This document shows, piece by piece, positions 41,900 to 51,641 of a stretch of 51,641 nucleotides of DNA. How positions within the stretch are numbered: the first letter of the stretch is position 1; every line of letters starts with the position of its first letter. Source of the DNA: Cyanophora paradoxa CCMP329 (lineage: Eukaryota; Plantae; Glaucophyta). Position numbers and translations under genes: made by a program. The stretch covers positions 1 through 51,641 of the forward strand of contig QPMI01000215.1 of assembly GCA_004431415.1 (NCBI GenBank), read 5' to 3'. The notes under the pieces were generated by a model that was not told where the DNA came from, searched no databases, and saw only the letters and a list, made by a program, of their open reading frames with translations.

Positions 41900-44530
41900 C
41901 CTTTCTACCTGTCCAAGCACGTGCACGGGCTTTGGCATGGGCGGGCCCCCGATAGAGGGCGAGCCCGTCCGACCCCGTCGGGCGGCCTCAGTCGGCCTCC
42001 TCGTCCTCGATTGCGCTCGCGTGGGAGACGCCGGGCTCGCCCCGCCGCCGCCGCTTGCTCCGCCCCGCTCCGCCGTCGTTGCCGCCGCCGCCCCCCGTCC
42101 TGCCGGTTGGGCCCTCGGGTCGGGAGCGCGCGCGCGCGCGCGCGCGCGCACGCGAGGGAAACGGGGAAAGAGGGCGCGCACGTCGCGTCGCGGGGCGCCC
42201 TCGCAGCCGCCAGCTCGTCGCCGCTTCTGCGCGCCCCGCCCCGGCCTTTCCGTCGGCGCGCGGCCGCGCCGTGGGCGCGCGGCCTGCCGCACCGGAGGGC
42301 GACGAGGTGCGCGTCGGACATCTCGAGCCACCGCTGCGCCCCGGGCTGCCTGCCGCTGCTCGGGGCGGGGCGTCGGGGCTCGGAGGGGGGCAAGGGCGAG
42401 AGCGGGGACGGGCGCACGGGTCCGGGGCGGGCCAGCCGAGGCGGCGGGCGGCGAGGACGACGAGGGCGACGACGGCGTCGCGGTCCATCTCGAGGACCTC
42501 GTCCGCCGGCGCCTCGGCCGGCAGGTGCCGCAGCGCAAACTGCCGGATGTCCTCCGTCCCGCGCCGGAAGAAGCTCCTGGAGGCGTACGTCTGCGCCCTG
42601 CGCGCGCCGGCGGGGTCGGTCGGGCGGCGGCGGCCGGCGGCGGCGGTGGTGGGGGGAGCGCCCCCAGGGCCCCCGCTGCGCACGCGTGCTGGGATCGACG
42701 ACGCCGCCCGCCTCGATCCGCCTCGCGGCCCTGCGGCGGCAGGGGGACGTCTCGGGGCGGCCCAGCGGGTCGTGAGGGGATGCGAGGCCGCGAGCTCACT
42801 CGGCAGCCGCAAGGAATCGCTCCGGCAGAGGATCGCTGCCGCGCGCGGGCGTCGGGGTCGGTCGGGGCCGGGCGGGCGAACGAGGCGGGAGCGGCGGCGG
42901 CCGGCGCACCAGTGGGAGACGTCGAGGCCGCGCTCGGCGCAGAGGCGCGCGGCGAGGGCGCGGAGGGGAGGAGGTCCCGAAGCTCGGCCGCCTGCTCCCC
43001 GGCGCCCAGCGAGGCGAGGAGCTTGAGCAGCCTCCCCGGTCCCGAAAGGCGTCCCGCCGGACGGGCCGCGGGCCGGCGGCCCGGCCGCGGGCCCGTCTGG
43101 GGAGCGCGGCGGCGGCGAGGCCGGGGCGTCGGGGGCCCGAAGAGGCGGCGCACGGCGGCAGGCTCGATCGGCTCGGCGGTGCGCACGAGCCGGCCGGTCG
43201 GGGCACCGCTGGGCGGGGCCGCCTCGTCAAAGACGTGCGCCGGCGCCCCGTCTCCCCCGTCCCCGCCGCAGGCCGGGCACGGGGCGCCCGGGACGGCGAG
43301 CGCGAGCGCCGCGAGGCCGCCACCAGCCGGCTCCCGCGCGGCCGTCCCGCGAGCTTGCGGCGCACCGCCGGCTCGCGCAGCAGGCGCGCGGCTGCGCGCG
43401 GCGCGCGGGCGTCGGCTGGGGCGGTCGACCGGGCCGGGAGCGGCGGGGCGCACCCAGGTCGATGTGCCGGCAGAGGACGGCGGCGCAGGCCGCGCGCTGC
43501 TCGCCGGAGAGCTCCGCCACGCCCTCCTGCGGCTTGGTCGGCTTGGGGGGCGACTCGGCGACGGGCCGGCGTGCGGGCCGCACCGGCAGGAGCGCGGGGC
43601 CCACGGCGGAGACCGCGCGGGCGTGCGCCGCGCGGACGGCGTCGGCGGTGGCCTCGCCGGCGTCCTCGAGCCCCAGCAGGATCACCGGGCTGCCGATATC
43701 GAGCCCCAGGCTCTCCAGCCGTCCGGCTCCATCCCGGCCGGCTCCCAGACTCTGGCAGAGTCCCATCGACCAGAGTCCACATTGACTCCACAACGGCGTA
43801 CCGGTAGTAGGTCCGGTACCCAGCCTGGCAGCGCGAGCGCAGCGTAGGCCTGCGGCTTGCCGTCAAGCGCTTGAGCCAAAGCTCAAGCCGGGCTGGGCGG
43901 TCAAGCGCTTGACTGGCTTTTGGCCGGCTCAAGCCGGCTCAAGCCCTGGCCGAGGGGGCCAGGGAGGGGGTATCGGCGCGCGGGGGGTACTTCGACGCAG
44001 CTGCAGCGAATTCGAAGCCGGCGCGGCGCGCGCGCGCGCGCCTGCGAGCGCTAGCGATGGCATCGCGACCGTTGGACCGAATGTCGATCTAGAGGTCTGA
44101 AGAGCGTGCAGGTATGATCGATATCGAGGCGCGGCGCGCGCGCGCGCGCACGTGCACGGCCTGCGCCGTCGCGAGCTCTGAGCTTGCCGAGTCGATATAT
44201 TAGCAGCTCATGATCATGATCAGTGTTTAGATGTGTTTCTTTAGAATTCAAAGCACAATAAGCGCTAGCTCTAGCATTTCGCTGCGGCGCTGAGGCTTGC
44301 GGAAGTGTACCCCCCTTCGGCTTGCCTCAAGCCGGGCCAAGCGCTTGACCCGGCCAAGTGGCCAAGCGCTTGTCCGGGCCGGTCGGCCGGCTTGGCTTGG
44401 CTTGGCAGCGAGCGCCCGGGCTTGGCTTGACTTGAGCCGACTTTCTGGCGTCAAGCCGCACCCCTAGCGCAGCGAGAAACTTGAAAACTCTATCGACAGT
44501 GATTCGGCACCGGTACTGTCCGACGGTCAT
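41900..44530 (-). pseudogene. Disrupted gene of unknown function (CPAC motif), interrupted by the hAT MITE
   Basis: Removing 43845-44466 plus one TSD gives FKFLAALALPGWVPDLLP|(gt-ag)|SLGAGRDG..LDIGSPVILLGLED..LCRHIDL|..CPACGG..RLLKLLASLG..; downstream frameshifts; both ends uncertain. Confidence 0.45.
43845..44466. mobile_element. Non-autonomous hAT-type DNA transposon (MITE), 622 bp
   Basis: Perfect 8-bp TSD GCGCAGCG at 43837-43844 and 44467-44474; imperfect TIRs TAGGCCTGCGGCTTGCCG and (reverse complement) TAGGGGTGCGGCTTGACG; clustered subterminal CAAGC/GCTTG motifs at both ends; no transposase ORF. Confidence 0.9.
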
Positions 44531-47039
44531 GTCATTAAGTTAGGCGTCGCTTTTCATAGACGTTTGCCCACCCGTTGTGATATAGACGTTCACAAAGATA
44601 GAAGAATGACCGTCGGACGGGAATTAGCTTGAATTTACCTAAGAAATTACGCAAAAGCTAGGGACATATAGACGAGGTTTTAGTTAGACGAGTACCCAGT
44701 GCTACCCACCCTCGTCTATCCGCGCCTATCATTGTGTATACGCCTAACTTTGTGGATTGACAGTATTATTAATTATCTGGCGCATTAATTAAGTGCATTA
44801 ATTAAGTGCATTAAAATATTACGGTACTAGTCCGTCGACGTCGACGTCCCGACTTCCGAGTCCGGGGACCGGGGACCCGGGAATCGGCGGGATCCGACGG
44901 TCGAATCCGGCCCATGCCATTATCCGGGTCGATCATTGCCGCGAGTCCCGCGACTCATGATCATGATCATGCGCGCATGCGCACTACACAGACCTACAGT
45001 ATACTGGTACTGCGGCCGCGGCATGCCGTCATTGCCATATATATAATTATATAATTATATAATGCAATGCCAAGCATGCATACATGCAACTTCAACCTTG
45101 CATAATTAATTAATTACGTATACGTAGACTACTTCAGTACTAGGTAACGTAGTACGTACGTATACGCGTACGCGTATACGTACCGTAGTACCGTAACGAC
45201 GCTACCACGGTATACTACAGTACCGTACGTACTACGTAGCCGCGCGCTCAGATCTAGACTCTCCGGATCCGAGTCCGAGCTCGAGCCTCGAGCTCTGAGA
45301 CAACTGCATGCTACTAGGCTAGACATTGCTAGTCATGCAGCCATGATGCAGGCCTTGGCCTAGGCTGCAGGCTGCAGCTGCAGCTATCAAGCTTAAGCCA
45401 CTTTGAACGATCTTTCTCCAGTCCGACGGTCCGACGAGGTCGACGGGCTTACTAAGTTGAGCTTCCCGTGACTCCGATCCGGCCGCGGGCTCTCGGCAGT
45501 TGCATATACCTTGGGCGGCGAAGTTGGGCCGGCCGCGCGCGCCTCGTCAGACCGTGCCGGCATTCGGCCTCAGCGGCTGCAGCCGCCCGCGGAGTAGGCT
45601 TCGAAGAGCATCTCGACATTGAGTGCAATCGTTGAACGTGAGCGGCTGCCTCTCACCTCTAGATCTGTGTCTCGCTCCTGGCCGTCCGGCCCACTGGGCA
45701 GCTTATATAATTAGGTCGACGGTCTGCGGCCGACCCATATATCATGATCATACATGACCACCGAGCTCGAGTACTAGTCAGGCTCGAGCCGACATATGCA
45801 TTTCATAAGCCTCCGGCTGCGCGCGCGCCTGCGCGGGCCGCCCCGGCCGATTGCGATCCGCGTGAGTGTACTATATATAGATTGGATGCCATCAGACGAT
45901 ACATATATATATATATATCCGCCGACGCCGCCACGCAATCGCAGGCCTGAGGCTAGGCCCGGGCCGCCCATGGCCAGCCCGGGGCGCCGGCGTCAATATG
46001 GACAAGTACATATATAGGGACGCGTACGCAGAGATGTGACCATCGCCGCTATAGCTAGTACTGTCAGACCACATGGTCCACACCTGTCGGACTTGGCCGA
46101 CTCGCGATCGATTGCTACGTATATACGTATATACTAAGCTAGTTATCGCTTGCAAGTGTAATATATGTAGCTCTCGCCGCGGCGCATACCATGATAGATC
46201 CACTAGAATACATAATATATATATATATCATTGTATAGCTACTATAGCTAGCTATAGGCGCCGGCTAGCCTAGTAGGGCGCTGGCATGCATGTCGGCCTT
46301 AAATAATCTTAGTATGCAGGACGAACAGCCTGTACATGTGTCACACAGTGTATCGATATCGCTCTGACGCCGGCACCGGCGCTGCGCACGACAGTGATCA
46401 CCGCGGCACGCGTACGAGCTCCTGATCACGCGCGCGCGCGCAACGCAGGTCGACGTCGACGTACGCGTCGGGTATCTACGTACTGGCGGCTAGGTGCTGG
46501 CTATGGCGATGTTTGTTCCGTGCCGCGGTCGGCGCCGGCTACGTATACCCATGACCGTGGCCTCGTCCGAGGCGTGGCTGATCGCGACCCGCTCGGAGCG
46601 TATCGCATCTTTCTTCCGTGGGAGCGGCGGCGTCAGGCTGTGCTGCCCAGGAACGGGGATCGAGACCTGGCTCCGGAGAAGCAAAAGGCCAGTCGGTTCG
46701 CCCAGCAGGCAGCCTGTAAACGGTACGAGCATGGCGAGCTCCGCCCGAACCCCCGGCCCATCAAGAATTCCATGTATGCCCAACGTTATATTAACGCTGA
46801 GTACGTATACGCCTTGTGCTCTCAGGCTGGGGGTTCTCAAGGGGTCCAAGATGCGGTGGAATAAGAACGAACGTCATTCCACCTTCGACCCCATCTGGCC
46901 CCCAGGCAGCCATGGCCAGCTCGACCGCCACTCTGGGCTGCTCCCTCTGAGCTCGATCACGAATGCGATGAGGCCCTTGCAGCGGACATTGAGCGCCTTT
47001 ACCAGATTGCGCGGAACGATTTCAACGTATCTCGCATGT

Positions 47040-50000
47040 TAGAGATAATGATTCGCAGCGACGACAGTGCCCCCAGTGTCCACTGGTTCGACTTGATGAC
47101 CCGCGTCAAATGCAAGCCCCTCCTTGGCGTGATTGGTGGTCTGGATCTGGAGCTTTTGGCGGTGATCGAGAGCTCCGCGCTTCCGCTGCCGCATTTGAAG
47201 GCAACGAAGCAGCCGTGAACGAGCTTCTCGCCGCCATGCATGTTAGCACCTCCAACTCTCGAGACGTCGACGACGGATCCGACACCCTGTCTACCGAGCT
47301 CAGCAATGCCCTCGCAGCAGCTGCAGCCGGCGGGTGGCCTCGATTGGTCGCCCGCCTAATCGAGCTGGAGCGTCGCCCAACGCGGCGCAGGGGCGGCCCT
47401 CATGTTGGCCGTGTACTGCGGTGCGTTTGCCGTTGACAGACTTTGCCGTGAGACTTCGAGGTTGCCAGCAATAGCAACAGCCGTGTTGGAGAGTATTTGA
47501 TCACTGTTGCTGTGCTTGTTGAGATGGGCGCCTGCCCGCTCGTCCGCGGCGGCCTCTGCACCTCTCTGGTTGTGGGTTGCTCTTGGACAGTCAAGGAAAT
47601 TACTTCCTGTCTCGACATCCTGTCAAAGGGTTGCGCTAGCTGCCGTGCTCAGTGCACTCTCACGATCGGCCACCGGGCACATGGATGCGACATTAACGTC
47701 GACGTCGATCGCGACGTCGACGCCTTCGGAAGCCTCAACCATGAACTCCGCGACCGCAAACCGGTGCGTGATCATGAGCACGCGTACGTTTGACACCGTT
47801 ATTGCTCTAAATTAAATCATGAGCCGGAGCACGCGTAATTAATTTCCGACCTGGTGATAATTTTGAGTTTATAATTAGCTTGCTGATTACAATTGAAATT
47901 AAAATCTGTTCGAAACGAGCCAGCTATCTAGATCTATAGTTAACGTTTGCGCTAGAACGTTGACATCTATTTACAGCGATACGCTTAGATGCTTCGCATA
48001 TGCATGTAATTAATATAATATTTAATTTGTCCCATTCTAATGTACAAGTTGTGCCTCTGGCAGATCACAAGATTGATCGCTTCTACGCTTTAGACGACGT
48101 CTCGAACATTGCTGACTGCATGAGCTTGACTTTCTTGCGGGAAGTCCATGAGCACGTGCACGAAGGAGATCCCATCGGCCGAATTGGATGAATGATCGAC
48201 GGGAGTTGTTCAAGGGTGCGCGGCATCCTGTAGATCTTTTGTAGATCAAAGTTCATGCATGTACGGTATACGTATAGATGCAAACTAATTCAAGATTGAT
48301 CTAGATCAATTAAGCATGCATACGTAAAATGCATCAACGTTCGCGATCAACTAGTCTCGAGTCTCGATCAAATTAAAGTCGTGACAAGACTTCCGCAGTG
48401 CGCTGGATTAAAACAGTAGGCGGCTGGGAGGTTGGCGTGCATCACCCCGTGAAGCTCGGCATTGTTTTGTGTCAGCACCCTGATGTGCTGAAGTGCTCTT
48501 TTCCAAAATGAGCCCCTCTCCCACGTGCACGCCGCTGGCCCAGCGAAACGCTTTGACGCAGCGTGAGTTGCTTGACGATGCGGCTGGATGCATCCAGGTT
48601 CTCGAAGTTCTCGGTCGGGCATATTCCTTCCTACGGGAAACGTTGCATGACAAAACCTCACTACAACCTGTTCAAGTTCCGCCCCCCCATTTCTCCTCTC
48701 AAGCGCTTGTCGGGCCTGGTCCTACCAATCGTGACCCCACACAAACGATGCGCAACGTTCCAGAAGATAGATGCCTTAGAATTCCGCTGCACCATCGAAA
48801 GTCGACATCTGAACACGAATCGGAGAAAACAGCGCCTGTACATGTGGTGCACGTGGGCGACCGTGACTCCGGACCTGAATCCGTCGAATGTGGCTCAGAT
48901 CAAGAGGATGAGCAGCTGCAGGAAGCCTCGGTTTGGGATGATCCCGTTCCTATGGAGGACCTGTTCTCCCTCGCCGCGAGGCGGTGCGCACATGCATTTT
49001 GTTTTCGCTACATTTATGTCGAGGAATGTGTAAACGCGTACACGAACATAGTTTTTGCAAGCTAAATAAGTGGACGCGACCCCCAATTTAGATGTTCTCT
49101 CTTGCCTTTGCGATACGCTTGACGCTTGACTCGAATCGACCGCAGATTGAGAGCTTACTCGAAGATGGAGACGACGGAATCACCGCGCTTCTGCGCGCAC
49201 GTACGCAAACGCACGCAACCATTGATTCTGACGTCGACTCCGGGATCGATGTCAAGGTATCTCAATCGCAGTCGAATCCCTGAAATCTTTGTTAGTGTGA
49301 AATAACTTCATTTCCATCTTTTACAGAACTCGATGTTGCAGTCGGACGGACTTGCAGGCACACGCCTTGCCAGTGAGAAGAAGCACGACTGGTCTCTGAG
49401 CGCCGACGATGTGCGTACATGTGTCTCACGATCAGTTGGAAATCATAAATAATTGCGAGTCGGCATGCGCGAACATCGTAAACTCGATTGATCATAAGCT
49501 TTAAAGTCATTGAAACGCCAAGCGCAAGCTTTCGAATCGTTTTCATAAATGCACACATAGGATATCGGAATGTTTTTCAAGATGAAAGTGAATATGTATA
49601 AGTTTCGAGACCTACTCTGATTGTGAATCCGATGTGGTACCAACTCCTGGACTTCTGCAAACCCGACAGATCTTGAACGGCTGGATGAGATCATTTTCCT
49701 TGCTCTTCGGAATGGATTCCCAGTCGACGGGATATTCCTTTCACTAATGCTAGAAAAGAACTGGCCTCTTCTCCGCATTCTCGATTGCATTGGCGCCGCA
49801 GAGCTTGACGAGTTTCACGATCCTTGTGCCACGGAGTGGCTTGTCGTACTTGCAGCCACGAGTCTACCAACCGCCGATTTCGCACCCTTCTCGACACCTC
49901 TGTAGAAGGCTCATCGTTCGAACGGAGCTTGACGGGGGTACCATGCTTCTGCAGCATGGAATCGAGACCGGACTAGAGTACTCTTTTGGGCCGGCGACGG

Positions 50001-50940
50001 AATTCCGGGAGCACATCGACTTCACTTTTCGCGCCTCAGTAATTTCTTGTAATAAGCGAATTTCAACCGGCGCCCCTCGAGCTCGAGATGCCCTTGCAAA
50101 CTGGCAAGACTCTTGGTGAATGTGTGTAGCTTGTGCTAATCTCGGTCTCCGCAAGCGGGCATTCAAATGAAATACGTTTATACTTAGTAATCATCGGCAT
50201 CTCGCAGGTGACAGTGCAAGGCATCTGCCCGACCCTTTCTACGGACCCAGGCTTTTTCTTTTTCGAATGATGCACTGCTCGATGCTCTTGGCGGCCAGCC
50301 CCGGCGGGCGGCTTTCTCCAGATGGAAGGCACGTTTTGCGGCCGGCGGAAACGGCTCACCTCTTGTCGGTTATTTGTATGCATGGTGACGTGAAGGTTCG
50401 TCTCTGGTCGCACGTTTAGTCAACGAATATCTTGTTCACTCCGACGTGTAGCTTTTAGATCTCCAAGACGTCTCCCTTTTTTCCGGCTCAATCATCGTGC
50501 TCTAACACATGCGGACAGCGTCTCATCGACGAAGAGGTGGCACTACCGCTGGACACGCTCAAGTTTCTCATCCCGAGAAGCGAGAATCGAATTCTCCTGT
50601 CAGCATATCAAACGCCGAAGCGGTTGCTTACCATGGCGGCAGAAGCTCTTCTGGCAAGGCTCCAGTTCGATGTTGAGTTCGAGGAGCTGAAAGGGTTCAA
50701 ATCCCCTTGTGCTTCTCACGGCGATGAATTCGAGAATTTCGGTGAAGAAGTCAAGGGCTGCACATATGCATGCGCACCGTGCCTCCTCTCTCTAATCGCA
50801 CTACTATTGTCTTCGGGTGCCACCGTTTACGCCAACGATTACGAGCTCCTCACCCATCCCCTCGTCACGCAATTCGTTGCCTCTGTCGCACACTTGTCAA
50901 TTGTCGGCCCCATCCTTCCTCCGGTACCGGTGCCCTAGCC
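47040..50940 (+). pseudogene. Degenerate ankyrin-repeat-like gene fragments in a lower-GC segment
   Basis: Fragments SSAL/AAAFEGNEAAVNELL, NALAAAAAGGWPRLVARLIE, LVEMGAC, HGCDINV, LALRNGFPVD, MLLQHG, LLLSSGATVYAND resemble the ankyrin consensus; split by stops and frameshifts. Confidence 0.35.
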
Positions 50941-51641
50941 TTCCTATCCCACGCGCGCCATCGATTGCGAGCTCCAGTTTTCTGACCTTTGAGTTCTATT
51001 CCTCTGTCCGGCTTTCTGCAGCCGCAGATGTCAACCTCAGAGGCGCCCATGTACACGTGTTGTTCCCATTCAGGCTGGCTGTGCAATCCCGAAACCTGTG
51101 TTCTGGCTGATTGTTACCACGGCGCGGGCCAATCCCGTGGTCTGCTGGAGGCGATGATTTGTGCCAACAAGGACGAGACATTTAAGACACTCTTTGACAA
51201 ACATCTCGGTATGCCTCAGCTCGCACATCGCTTACCTCACCCTAGACCCACGGGCTCTCTAGATCTTCGGCTATGCCACGTGCACGTGGTTATAGATTTA
51301 GAAGTGTTTATATATTTAATTATGGTTCAGCTCCCGCAATTCGCAATCCGCCCCCCATCGTTCCCCGAAATTCAAGTTTCATTATTCAATATATATACTG
51401 TTTCGGTATGATCATGATTTACTCCAAGATCGCTATTTGATATTTCGCACATCACGTGCAGGTGCTGGTGGAGCTGTCGAGGTTTGTCGTGAGAATCGGT
51501 CTCCGATGACGCGCGAGCTAGACATCGAAACTCTCGCTCTCCTCCCCCTCCGCACGTGGAATCCCGACGATGCGGCCCTGCGGGACATAGCCTCGGCACG
51601 CCTTCGAAAGAGAGTGCTTTCCTCGATCGATCCGAAGAAGA

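Overview
Eukaryotic nuclear DNA, very GC-rich and densely packed with short spliceosomal introns, so most long entries in the ORF track are spurious; I spliced the genes by hand. A plastid transit peptide starting MAFV plus a branching enzyme with no obvious transit peptide suggest a glaucophyte- or red-lineage-type alga (inference). Bases 1-31.6 kb are a compact block of host genes: ISS1/VAS1-like aminotransferase, a 4-TM protein, a SUV39/G9a-type SET protein, TRAP-alpha, PrxQ, a divergent TopoVI-B, PIG-C, Rab14, a Pro-rich protein, branching enzyme, a MATA/SOX-type HMG-box factor and aminopeptidase P. From about 32 kb the region looks accessory. It holds an intact 7-exon, highly divergent histone H3 variant that the ORF track misses (K9R, S10G, K36R, loop 1 longer by 12 aa), an intron-poor Zn-finger ORFan, and three tandem arrays (14 + 10 + 4 inverted units) sharing one near-invariant ~33-bp core. 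Beyond these lie a gene broken by a 622-bp hAT MITE with a perfect 8-bp TSD and a lower-GC decayed tail with ankyrin-like fragments and palindromic micro-repeats. GC-AG introns are unusually frequent across the host-gene block.
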